From Nageia nagi (Eukaryota; Plantae; Pinophyta): a stretch of 64,000 nt of DNA. A program made the translations under genes and the position numbers. Of the stretch, positions 41,087 through 53,008 are shown in pieces. A model generated the notes under the pieces. The model saw only the letters and a program-made list of their open reading frames with translations. It was not told where the DNA came from and ran no database searches. Positions within the stretch are counted from its first letter, which is position 1. Each line of letters starts with the position of its first letter. Where the stretch lies: NCBI GenBank assembly GCA_050084985.1, contig JBITNC010000001.1:207700001-207764000 (forward strand). The letters are read 5' to 3'.

Positions 41087-42068
41087 GGGTAAGTCCAAGA
41101 AGATGGTTCCACTTAAAGTGGGCATTTCATACTTAGAAAAAAAGTGGCCTAAAACAAAACTTCAGTATGTAAAATGAAATTTTGGTCTTTAAAAATCAAC
41201 ATTTCACTTTTGGCTCAGGTCCCTTAACCAAAAATGACATTTTAGATTTAGCCTTGGAAAATACTTGGTGGGCCAAGTCTTAGCCTTAAACTTGTAACTT
41301 CTTGTTCATGGAAACAAGAGTGACAAATCATGAATTTTTATAGATGTTTGATCAAGTTTTTTGATGATTTGTTTTATGAAATTAAAATCCATTTCAGATC
41401 AAAGAGTGCAGACTACAAATATGTATTTTTTTTGCAATTTCATTATATCTTATATTTTTAAATTAATTTTCAATGAAATTGGTTCTTAAACTTGAAAAAT
41501 TAGGTTCTATTATTTTTTTAATAACTTTTTTTAGAAGAATTATGAAAAATAATTATATGTGCACAATCTATAGATAATTCTATATTAACTAAAAAATTGA
41601 AGAAATGATAAATTTAGGTCAAATTATACATGTCTTAGATTGGTACTTTTTGAAACAACGATTAGGGCCAGTAAAAAATTACTAAAAAAAATTCATGCAA
41701 AAATTGCAAAAAAATATTTGGCACAATCTTCAGTGTGTTAGGTATCTTTTTCCAAAAGGATTTTAAAAAAATTATATTTTAGGTCAAAATATGCTTGTCA
41801 TAGAAGAACATGGTATGGTCATAAAATAGTACATTTTAAATAATGGCTTTTGTAAATGCCTATCATAAATAAATTTCTATCAACTAGGTATTGGAATATA
41901 TTACATATTTGAAAACTAGACTCTAAGGACTACATTTTCACTGACATTTTTCAAGATTCCATCTCTAAGGGCTTCAAAAGTTGATATTAATTATGACCAA
42001 ACCTAAAAATTAAGAAAAACACATTCACTTTTTGGTCATTTCATGGACCCATCTTCTTGCACTTACCC
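41087..42068. mobile_element. 982-bp non-autonomous TIR DNA transposon with GGG termini and 4-bp TSD (Sola2-like, tentative)
   Basis: TIRs GGGTAAGTCCAAGAAGATGGTTCCA and (reverse complement) GGGTAAGTGCAAGAAGATGGGTCCA, 23/25 identical. AAGA flanks both ends. Sister repeat units show the empty site GACAAGATGCATG. Confidence 0.85.
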
Positions 42069-42249
42069 AAGATGTATGATTCAAATATGATTCATGGACT
42101 ACAATGATCAATCCTATCTCTCTTTTGTTATTTTTTAAGTTTTACATAAAATCCTATATATCTAGTAGAATCCTATACATCCATATAATTAGGCAAGGTA
42201 TTTGTATCCTATTCTATTTCTATCCTAATCGTAAGATATACATAAATTT

Positions 42250-42805
42250 GATATCATTGAATGTTATGGCTATGAGTGACCTAAGAATACACAAGAATTG
42301 TTTGAAAAGATGTATGTTACAAATACAATTTTAGAGAATGTAATCATTGCGAGATATGCATAAAATGCATATGTTGAAAAAACATGTAAATTATTTGATA
42401 AAATATCTCATCAAAATGCAATCTCATGGAATGTAATGATTATAAAATATGCATAAAATCAGTCTTCTGAGAATTCCCTAGAGATCTTTAAGCAAATGCA
42501 GATGTTAGGAGTAAATCCAAACTCTACAACCTTTACTAACATTCTTCTAGTATATGCCCCCATGGTCTAGCTCTAGGAGAAGGTATGAAGATCTATCAAG
42601 CAGTAGTAGATAATCAATTTTCATCGAATGTTGTTATCGTGATTGCCTTGGTAGACATGTATACAAAATATTGAAGAATATAGAAGGCCCAAAAATCATT
42701 TGACACATGAGCTCTAGAAGAAGGTATGGACATTTATCAAAGAGTAGTTGAAAATGGGTTTTCATCAAATGTTATTATTGTTAATGCCCTAGTAGACATG
42801 TATGA
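42250..42805 (+). pseudogene. PLS-class pentatricopeptide repeat (PPR) fragment, copy 1
   Basis: LFDKISHQNAISWNVMII...FKQMQMLGVNPNSTTFTNIL...ALEEGMDIYQRVVENGFSSNVIIVNALVDMY, with stops and frameshifts. Confidence 0.88.
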
Positions 42806-43364
42806 TACATTTTGATACTATTAAATATTGAAAGTAATTCTAATTTTGAAATCACTGAGAAAACTCATCTTGTGAAATGCGCATAATGTCAATTTCTTAT
42901 GCATAAATGAATTATAAATACATAATTGGCATCGTGCACTTCCACATAATGAGTCCTCTCAAATAATTTGAAGATTTGAATTCACTTTTTGTAAGATTCA
43001 AGAATTAATACATAAATCAATTAGTGCATAAATGAATTATACTTAAACTCTTTGATCTAATAAAATACTTGGGATCCAACTATAACAACATAACCTTTGT
43101 ATGTGTTCTACTTGCATGCAAAATACATGTATGCAAAATGTGGAAGAGGACATGAGGCTCAAGAATATTTTGACAATATGCATGATGTAAATATGATTTC
43201 ATGGAATACAATGTTCAATCCCATCTCCATTATGTTATTTTCTAAGGTTTACATAAAATCCTAAGTTGTATATATCTAGTAGAATCCTATACATCCATAT
43301 AGTTAGGTAAGGTATTTGTATCCTATTCTATTTCTATCCTAATTGCAAGATATACACAAATTTT

Positions 43365-44915
43365 ATTTTCATCAAATGTTATCGCTATGAGTGCCCTAAT
43401 AAGATACACAAATTGTTCAAGAAAACATATGATACAAATACAATTTTATGGAATGTAATCATTGCAAGATATGCATAAAATGCATATGTTGAAAAAAGAT
43501 ATAAATTATTTGATAAAATATCTCATCAAAATGCAATCTCATGGAATGTAATGATTACAAAATATTCACAAAATGGGTATTCTGAGAATGCCATAGAGAC
43601 CTTTAAGCAAATGCAAATATTAGGAGTAAATCTAAACTCCACAACCTTTGCCAACATTCTTCCATTATATGCCACCATGGGAGCTCTAGTAGAAGGTATG
43701 GACATCTATCAAGGTGCAGTTAATTGATTTTCATTGAATGTTGTTGTTGTGAATGCCATAATAGACATGTATGCATACTATGAAAGAATACAAAAGGCCC
43801 AAAAATCATTTGATACAAGAGCTCTATAAGAAGAAGTGTAGTAGCTAAATAATGTGATTAATGCAAATGGGGTTGATTAATGCAATATTGCTCTACTTTA
43901 TAAATATTGACGCATATATCATAAATATGGCAATAATAGGAATGTAGTAATTTTTAATTATATTCTATATTCATTTTGTCAATCATAAAATATGCGAGAG
44001 ACAGAGCATACATTCATGGATAAGTTTGTTGCTGGCATCCTATAATTGGCATGCTATCGACATCTTAAGATAAGTGAAATTACAAGCACGAACAAGAATG
44101 TAGCAATGAGCGAATTAGTCAATAATCAAATTATGAACATACATTCAAACTTAAAGAATAATAGATGCGTAAATGTAAATACACAAAGCAAGTTGCAATC
44201 ATTCGAATGATCTTCAATTGATAATCTTTGTATTAGTTTGAAAATGATTATTTGCCCATGATTCGCTCATGTTCTATAGGTCATCAAATGATGCCTATAT
44301 ATATGATACAAGTTTATATGACTTTGATATTTTAACCCCTTGTACATTCCATAAGGGTCAAATACATAGCCTACACCTCTTATATATATTTTTAATCCTT
44401 TTTTAAATAATACATTGTTAAGGGATTAAAATGGTTTATTAAATATATAAAGGTTGATTTTGAGGCATCTACAAGAAGGTATGCAAATATATCAAAGAGT
44501 AGTTGAAAATGGATTTTCATTGAATGTTGTTATTATCAATGCCGTGGTAGACATGTATTCAAAATGTGGAAGAATAATGAATGCACAAAACTTATTTAAC
44601 ATGCGAGCTCTAGAAGAAGGTATGGACATTTATTGAAAGGTAGTTGAAAATGGGTTTTCATTGAATATTGTTGTTGAGATTGCCTTCGTAGACATGCATG
44701 TAAAGTATCGAAGAATACAAAAGGTTCATAAATAATTTTACACGGGAGCTCTTAAAGAAGCTATGGATATATATCAAATAGTAGTTGAAAATGAGTTTTT
44801 ATCGAATGTTGTTATTGTGAATGCCCTAGTAGATGTATATGCAAAATGTGAAAGAATACAAAAGGCTTAGATATTATTTGACAAGATGCATGGTGAAAAT
44901 ACAATTTCATAGACT
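43365..44915 (+). pseudogene. PLS-class PPR fragment, copy 2, ending in four 141-bp tandem units and split by a solo LTR
   Basis: WNVMITKYSQNGYSENAIETFKQMQILGVNLNSTTFANILP...; ORF 44454-44636 EGMQIYQRVVENGFSLNVVIINAVVDMYSKCGRI. Confidence 0.88.
43837..44473 (-). mobile_element. Solo LTR (637 bp) with a T1/T2-type terminus
   Basis: TGTAG...AGGCATCTACA with perfect TSD AGAAG (43832-43836 and 44474-44478). The reverse complement starts TGTAGATGCCT, as in T1 and T2. Confidence 0.9.
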
Positions 44916-45021
44916 ATAAATCATGCAAATACAAAATAAAGAGAGTTTTAAATGTTTACTATTTACAACTTAAGCGAATTTGTTGCATTTTTAGGCTTAT
45001 TCTCCTCAACTTTGCTAGCAC

Positions 45022-45029
45022 TAGGGTTT
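45022..45029 (-). promoter_or_regulatory. Telo-box motif (AAACCCTA)
   Basis: TAGGGTTT on the + strand within a GC-richer stretch just inside the putative MULE end. Function is inferred only. Confidence 0.3.
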
Positions 45030-45164
45030 CAGGGTGGAGGGAAATGAGCTAGGTCGAAGCTGATGTGTTTTAAATGCATGATGCATTAATGAAATCGTTC
45101 TCATGTCCTTGTCATGTAGGGTTGGTGGTGCATCAAGAAGCATGGTGATTTTCTTTTTTTAAAT

Positions 45165-45531
45165 TTTAGGTTTACAAATTCGTAAAGCTAATACGTCATA
45201 TTAGTTCATAAATATGTGCCAGATTTTTTCATGTTTGTAGATTTACAAAAATAATGTCCTATTAGCTTCACAAATATGCACAAGTTTTTCATGTTTGCAT
45301 ATTCGCGAAGTTAATCCGTCATATTAGCTTTGCAAATACACACAATTTTTTTTTCTAAAATTTTTTTTGCATGAATAACTTCGCGAATCTTATAAATAAC
45401 TTCGTGAATATGCTCGTTAGTTTTTTTTTGAAATTTATGTTTGCATATTCACGAAGCTAATATATCCAAATAACTTCACAAATGTACTCTGATGCTAATA
45501 AAAAAAAAAAACTGAACTTAACAAATTTCCC
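45165..45531. repeat. Array of head-to-head GCATATTCGCGAAGCTAATA-like motifs; probable MULE terminal region
   Basis: About 10 degenerate copies in both orientations, e.g. TTTGCATATTCGCGAAGTTAAT-ccgtc-ATATTAGCTTTGCAAATA near 45294-45338. The block ends ...AAATTTCCC at 45531. Confidence 0.55.
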
Positions 45532-45914
45532 AATCAATATTTCAAAATATTAAACATTATAAAAAAATATCAAATCATCGAAAAATTAAATAACACCGAA
45601 AAAAATATAATAAAATGTGTAAATACATAATAAAATAACAACATAGAAGACCACGTAAAATGTATAGAAGGATAAAATTGTAAGGACATATTAAGTAGTA
45701 TGCTGGTAAATGGACAATGACGAAGGGCTCAAACTCTCAATGGGTTTTGGCGTTGGCGTTACCCGAATAGACCACACACCAAAATCACAATTAAGAGTTG
45801 GGGTTAACCCAAAATCAAAAGCGAAAAAGGCTCAAGCTTCATCGCTTCCTCCCTGGACGGAAGAGAGGAGAGGAGAAGAGAGGAGTGGACAGTGTCAAAG
45901 CATTGCAATTAGAC

Positions 45915-46007
45915 ATGGCGACGATGCAGCAGAGCTGGAGAAAAGCGTACGGCGCTTTGAAGGACACGACCACTGTTAGCCTGGCCAAGGTCAACAGCGA
46001 ATACAAG
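45915..46007 (+). CDS. ANTH-domain clathrin assembly protein (PICALM/AP180-like), exon 1
   Basis: MATMQQSWRKAYGALKDTTTVSLAKVNSEYK, the typical plant ANTH N-terminus; donor AAG|GTATCC. Confidence 0.95.
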
Positions 46008-46116
46008 GTATCCTTCATCGCCATCCCCGTCCCCGTCCCCATCTCCATCTGTTGTTATTCTGAAATCTACCCTTCCCTCGGACTGACTGAGAGAATTGCG
46101 CGGATGCGATCTGCAG

Positions 46117-46186
46117 GAGCTGGACATCGCCGTGGTGAAGGCCACAAATCACGTGGAGTGTCCTCCAAAGGAAAGGCATGTGAGAA
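46117..46186 (+). CDS. ANTH-domain clathrin assembly protein, exon 2
   Basis: TGCAG|ELDIAVVKATNHVECPPKERHVR|GTAAGT, with consistent phase. Confidence 0.95.
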
Positions 46187-46360
46187 GTAAGTGTTTTGTT
46201 AGGAATATTTATAATGGTGAGAGGGATGTGTGTCGAATTGTCCCATATTTGATGGGATCTGGGCAAAAGCATGAATTGCCAGATCAAACGTTATAGCTAT
46301 TAAGTAGATCGTGTTATGTAAAATATAAGCATGAACATGAGAATGATGATGCAAGTGCAG

Positions 46361-46458
46361 AGATCTTTGGGGCAACGGCAATATCGAGACCAAGGGCGGA
46401 TGTGGCTTACTGTATCCATGCCCTTGCCAGAAGACTCGCCAAAACGCACAATTGGACG
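46361..46458 (+). CDS. ANTH-domain clathrin assembly protein, exon 3 (gene continues beyond the window)
   Basis: TGCAG|[33 protein letters not shown]|GTGTGT. The phase-1 junction with exon 2 restores the K codon. Confidence 0.95.
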
Positions 46459-49400
46459 GTGTGTGTATCTAGCCATCTCTATATATATCTATCTATCTTT
46501 TTTCTCTCTTTTTATTTCTGCCTATCGAACTTAACATGGAAACATAAACTCATATGATGCCTCTGTTTTTGCAACAGACCTTTTTTATATTTATTTTATT
46601 TGTTACATGTGGGCTTTGTTTGGCCTCCCTTATATCCCATACACATTAGGTGTTAACTGCATTACATTATTTAGATGTATTCTTTGAACCTCAGACCCCA
46701 CCATGTTTGTGTGATTCCACTCCTGAATTTAAAAAAAAAAAAATTCTTTCTGATTCTTTTGAAGACATACATGGACACAGGTCAAGAAAACTTGCCAATG
46801 ATCCCATATGAGGTACAAAAAATGGTCTTACATTTGAAAACATGCAGAAAAATAAAACCATGTTCAGAGAATTCAGATTGACACCCCAAACCTTCTGTTG
46901 AGAATAAATAATGTACCTGGAATGAGAAGCTGCCCCACATTATAGAGGATTATATATTTGATAGGGCATTTTGTGACAAGTAAACACAATTTAGAATGGA
47001 GTTAATGTTGTGTGGTGTTGAAAGTGTATTATATCTAGCTAAAACAAACATATGTATGCTCTAAAAAGAAAACAGTGAGCAATATAAGTTAAATGATAGA
47101 TTTTTCTAATAGAGAGAGAGAGAGACATTGTCAAATAAGAAGTGAGAATAGATGACTTTGTGCATGTGTAGTGAAGGGTTTGTATAAAGATATAATTTTC
47201 AGGAGTTAATTTGTAGTTGTGGAGAGTATAGGCTTGTATGTGTAATAATTATAGTGAGAAAGGGCATGTTGTTGTATTCTTGCAATAAGATTTTTTCAAA
47301 AAATGGGAAACAGTTGAGGAGCAGTGTCTAGGCATAGCTGAAATTGAAGAACCATGTGTTAGAAGTTAACACTCTGCACAATTGTAAGGAAGGTTTCTGG
47401 AGGACAAGAACAAGTAGTCAAAGAAACACCAGTAAAAGTCAACATAAGAATACACTTAAAATCATCTCTTTGTTAATATGTTTTCTGGGATAGACTTAGA
47501 AATTGGAAATCGTTAGTTTTACTCTATGGCATGGTATCAATTTGTAGAAATCTTGTGGATGTAGGGAGCTATCAATTCTTGTGAAGTGAGGTTGGTGGTT
47601 GAGATTTCACAGATAAAGGTGACTATGTATTATACTCTTGTTTTTATTTGAGTAAATATCTTTTATAAATATTTTTGTTTGGTGTGACATTGCCTTAGGT
47701 TTATACTATATTTTTTAGTCAAAAGCCATTATACTTGGTAGTTAATTAGTAATAGTTTGAAGGAAAAAAACTGAAGGCTAATGTGCAATGTTAGGTAGAA
47801 ATGAAATTCAAGCCTGTAGATGGTCTTGAGACAAAAATGAATTAGTATCTCTGTGAAAGTTGTATGAGTTTAGAGAGGCAATCAAGAAGTTCAATGCGGA
47901 AGCAGGGATGTAAGAAAGGAGAATGTTGAGGACTATACAAGAAAAAATGTGTTCAAGAACCAGATGCATTTGCAGAGGAAAACTATTTTGGAGTGGTTTT
48001 GGTAATGGCCTATTGATAATTTTGCAAGCATATATATTATTGGAAATTTGGAATTGGGACCATTCTTGAATCGTAAGTCTTACAAAATCACGTATTTTAG
48101 AATGAACAAGATTGGCTGATGGCAGAGTAAGCATTGTTCTAATGTTTATTCCATATTTGACAGCTGTGTACAAGCAAGTTGTGATGTCCAATTTTGTTTG
48201 TGTCATTTTCTAGCAGCTAGGCCTTTTTAGTACAGACAAGGTATATTGTACAATGGTAAATTAAATATATAGTAGGTGATGAGTGATGAGAGAGGGTATC
48301 TTTACAATCATCAAGCAATGAGATTAAAAAGGACATTTCTTTCTTAATATTGTGTATGTGAAATTGTAAAGAGTTTGGGCAAAGTGTACTAGAAGAAGAA
48401 ATATGCATCAAAGATATTTCAGGACAAACAGAAGAGTAACTGGTAGATTTTTTCAAACTTTATTGTTAGTTGAATTTGGAATATTTGGCTTTTTAGTATA
48501 AAATTGTTTGAGTTTTAATGGATTGTAGAGGGCTAACATACAATAAGGTTTGCAAAAAGGGTTCATTTACAGTTTTTGAGAGGGAAGAAGGTATATAATT
48601 GATCAGAGCTATAAATGGCATACAAAATATGTGCAAAAGTGGATTTTGCAATATGGGGATGACTTGAATCATAATAAGTGTTAACTTTTTGGCTTCTGAC
48701 AATTATTTATTTAAAGTTACCGATTTGCTGAGAGTGGGATTAGACATCAATGTCAGTAAAATTGATGAGGTTTTGAACAGGAATATCCATATACAAGGTT
48801 AAGTTTGATTTGATTGATTATTACAAAACCCATACTTGTCAAACTTAGACTTGGCAAGAACATGATAGGCCTTTTGCTTGGGAAACCTTGGTGAATACAA
48901 AATTACTTAAACAAGATCCACATGTTTTAATTAATTCCTGTTTGCATCAAGAATTATTTACTTATATATATGATATTTATTAAAGCTTGTATTTGCAAAG
49001 GTCATTATATTTATGAAGTCACTTATCAACATTGAGTATGTAAAATATTCATCCTATTATATTGGAAAACAGACAGTTTTAGTTGTCCACCATTAATATG
49101 TAAATCTTTCTTTATTTGATATACACATGTTGTAAAGGCAAGAAAAACATATTATATTATTCTAGTAAGCAATTAAAGCAAAATGGGAATAGAACTTTTT
49201 ATTTCTCAATTAATTTTTGGACTTTGAAGGTGACGGCTTGCTGATTTTGCATGACAACACCCCCTATGCTAGTGCTGAGGGACATCTTGAAGAGCAAGAG
49301 CAAGGCTAGAAGACATTACCTTCTTCATAAATTGGAATGCTATTTCTGCTCCCTCTATCAATATTAATTGATTCTTCTTTGTAGGAGCTGCAATACGTAT

Positions 49401-50165
49401 CATGATTAATTCAGCTATTAAGTCATTGATTTTGTAGTGATTAATTCAGAAAATGGAAAATAGTATTCAGCAAGGTGTATCATTAGGACATGATGTGTTT
49501 GAAAAGATACTGAAGGTACTGATCTGGAAATGATTATTCTATTGAGATTCAGATGCTTCTTCGTGGTGATGCCCCGTTGGAGGAATTACCTGATATGTTG
49601 GCCTAATACTCACAATTGTATTTATATTACTAATCTAGAGAACATGTTACATAAACCATTGATAATGCAAACAAATGATATGTTTGAGAATTAATCAGAA
49701 ATATTCTTGTTGAATGCTGAAGATGGTCATCTTGATAATGTGATAGCTTGATTTCACGAAAAAAGAGAAGTAAGCCAAGAGTGAAAAGCGCGAGAAACAA
49801 TAAATCTCAAAATTAACTTGAAATCAAGGTTCCATGGTGAGCCAGGAGCGGCGGAGTGTCCGGAGCGACGGAGGGTCATTTAGGGAGTGGCTCCGATTCA
49901 GCAGGTGGAGCGGCTAGTAAAAAATCCCTAGGATCTTTAGATTTTTAAATTACTATCAACATTCAACTATATATCAAATATGAATTTAAATTACAAAACA
50001 TAATCAAGTATGAATCTGAAAGGTAGAAACTAGAAACGAGAAATCAAAGCGAGCCATAATGTCATTAAGTGAAACAAGACTGAATCACTAATACATAATG
50101 TCATAATATCAAAATGAGTCATAATGTCATAGTAGCAAAATGCCAAAGGTTCAAAATAACAAAAC

Positions 50166-50228
50166 CATAACTATCGTGTATCAATACTATCAAACTATAA
50201 CTATCGTGTATCAATACTATCAAACTAT
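50166..50228. repeat. 30-bp perfect tandem duplication in the hAT 3' region
   Basis: ATAACTATCGTGTATCAATACTATCAAACT occurs twice. Confidence 0.9.
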
Positions 50229-50247
50229 GGCTCTAGCCTCTAAGACT

Positions 50248-53008
50248 CTAAGTCAAATCCTTTGGCTCTAAGGGCTCATGTGTCCCTAATATATTCTGAT
50301 TGTAGTCAGAATCAAGATCCTCCTCATCCATATCATGATCATCTGATGAGCTGCCCTCATCATCCAACTGGATACGCTCCATGTTTAATGGTAATCCTAT
50401 CAACCCCTGAGCATCATCATCAACCTTTTGACTAGCTTCCTCTATAGGTTCAATATCCCATCGTGAAAGTGGATTAGCTTTATACTCTGGCTTCACCCTC
50501 TAACGAAGGCGAAGATAGCTATGCATTGCTACTAGCTTCTCTGCTCTCTTTGGGGTAAGCCTGTTCCTCCTCATGCTGTGGATAAAGCCATATGTGGACA
50601 AATTCCTCTCTGCAGCAAAGGAACTACCAACCTACAAACAAATTTGTCATTTGATAAAATTAGAATTAGAAAGATGAAACATCAAAGTTTAAACAATATG
50701 AATTATTCAAATTTGAAATTTCTTCTACTAGCTTGAGAAAGGAGTCTAATTGCAAGTTGCCTCAATTCTGGAGCATCATCCACATATAGATCCTACTATC
50801 CAATGGGATCACCTTGGGCAGTGGTAGCCCTATCCTCCCTACACTCTAGTGTGCTAAAACAAAGACACTTAAGTCTTGAAAATCGCATGAATTGTTTTCT
50901 AAAGATGGTAGCCATTTCTGATGTATACCTCTTTTTCAAGAACTTCATGAATGCATTTTTCACTTTTGAATTATTAATGGGTATATTTTTGCCATCTTTG
51001 GGCACATACCATTTTGGATTTAGAGCATGGGCAGCCATATGCATTGGGGTGTTCATCTTAGTCCACCTATAAGAAATTAAAAAATAAAGTTAAAATTTTA
51101 AAACTACAAAGTACAAATAACAATGAATCAACATTTGTTACATTTCTTATGGTTACTTGTTCATTATAATTCGATGAATGTAGTTTGTATAAAATGAGGG
51201 ATCTTTGACACTAATGATATCTTTTATTCGCTTAACCATGCTGTCAAAAGTGTCATATATTTCTCCTAAATTAGGAGAATCTGTATCACTATACCTAATG
51301 ACATCATGGATTAGAGCAATGAAATTAACCATGTACCTACAAGGATTAAAAAAAAAATAAAAGTTAAAAAGCTACATAGTAATATAAACAATCAATAACA
51401 AAAAAATTAAAATGAAACTTCATTTACTTAATTTCATCCCACCAACTATCATTTAAGATTTTCAATCTATGTGCTTTTCTCTCATCTGACTCAGAGTCCT
51501 TCCACTTCTTCCAATCCGATGACACTACCATGGATTGGAGTGGCTATTGTAATTCAAGCATCCTCTCCAAAAGAAGGTAATATGTGGCATATCTTGTTTC
51601 AGTAGGTTTGATGAACTTCTTCTTTGAGAAGCGTCGAAACAAGGCCATTGATGTGTGATGGTTGCAAATAAACATTTGCATCTTTCTAGCCTCTTGAACT
51701 ATATCTTTCACCCATTCTATCTTTCCAATATCTCTCAAAGCATTATTCAAAGCATGCACACAATATGGAGTCCAATAAATATGTTTAAAAGTGGACTCTA
51801 CCAATTTACCTGCTCTTTTACAATAGGGGCTGCATCTGTAATGACCTACAAGACATCAAAAAATTAAAATTAAATATTGAAAAATTAAAAGTAAAACGAA
51901 TAAAATGAAAAGTATAGATTTAATTATTAAATACTATAAAATTTAAAATAAAATAGCAAAATAATTTTACTTACACAACATTGGATGGGCCAACATCCTC
52001 AACAGCTTGCTTCAAAAGATGAAATTGGAACTCTGAATCCTTTTTCTTCCCAGAGCAGTCGATAGCTCGAAGAAAAAAAGGACCATCTGGATATGCAACA
52101 ATTATATTGATGAGTGGATGCTGACGAATGTTAGTCCATCCATCCATCACTATGGAACACCCATTATGCACCCATGATGTCTTCATTGTATGCATCATCA
52201 AATTACATTTAGCATAAGCCTTCTCTAAAAGACTAGTACGAAGTCTAGTCTCCCTGGGAGGAACATATGAAGGCCCTGTTTCTTGTACCTTTTCAAATGC
52301 ATCTTTGAAATAGGGTGACCGTGCAAGATGGAAAGGTAGCCCATGTGCATAAAAAAAGAAACCCAATGCATCATCAACAATTTCTTTTGTTTGTATATTC
52401 GATGCATCATGTATGTTCACATTTTTTCTAGATGGAGGCAATGTAGGACTCGGTAAACGAGAAGAAGCAGGGTATGTGTAAGAAGATGCATATGGATTGG
52501 TAGTGGGAGATGGATGGGTAGGAGTAGGGCAGCTAGATGAAGTATTTTCATTTCTTTGTTCTTTTAAATTAGGTTTAGTGCCCATATGTGTAAGCCTTAT
52601 AATTCTTGCAAGCTGGAATTTGTTTACATTTGGACACTTTCTCACCCCACACCATGTTTTATGTGAGAGGTGTGCATCTAGCCTAGTATAGCTTCCTGTA
52701 AATCCAGTTGAACAAAAATTACAAATTACTTTTTGCCCTCCTCCGGTTGAACTTGAAGTATTTTTTGCCATGGGATCATTTCTAAAAAATTGTTGTAGAG
52801 GTTTTTTGAAATTAAATGGTCTTGCGACAAATGGTTTTAACAACATAGAGGGACAATCAAAACTAATTGTGCCAGAATTGCTGCCCCCAGAAGTTTGTGA
52901 TTGTTGAGTTTGTACATGATGCATTTTTATGTTTTCATTTTGGATTTCAATTTCTTCCTCATTCCCACTTTCATTTCCAGGAACAAAACCTTCACTATCA
53001 CTATCCAT
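50248..53008 (-). pseudogene. hAT transposase (BED finger, DUF659-type core, dimerisation domain), multi-exon, inactivated
   Basis: CNFC...H...C BED finger; GCSIVMDGWTN; WTPYCVHALN; AAHALNP; ERNLSTYGFIHSMRRNRL near 50555-50610. Premature stops (e.g. TAA at 51971-51973) and a frameshift near 51822. Confidence 0.92.

Larger units (their letters stand above)
40737..43830. repeat. ~1-kb tandem duplication (40737-42805 without the TIR insert, versus 42815-43830)
   Basis: ATACTATTAAATATTGAAAGTAATT... starts both copies, which stay colinear through the PPR fragment. Confidence 0.8.

Noticed and set aside
46020-46050. GTCCCC repeats in ANTH intron 1 as a remnant of the 55741 MITE
   Set aside because: It is a short low-complexity run without TIR or TSD.
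45798-46190. 130-aa ORF as the full gene product
   Set aside because: It runs through the 5' UTR and intron 1. Homology begins at ATG 45915 and continues only by splicing.
47780-48900. LINE endonuclease/RT remnant
   Set aside because: Only faint motif-like words (e.g. *NCKEFG); not supportable without a profile search.
51971-53008. 345-aa ORF as an intact or domesticated transposase gene
   Set aside because: The stop replaces an expected Gln just before the splice donor, downstream exons have further stops and a frameshift, and TIR/TSD are still present.
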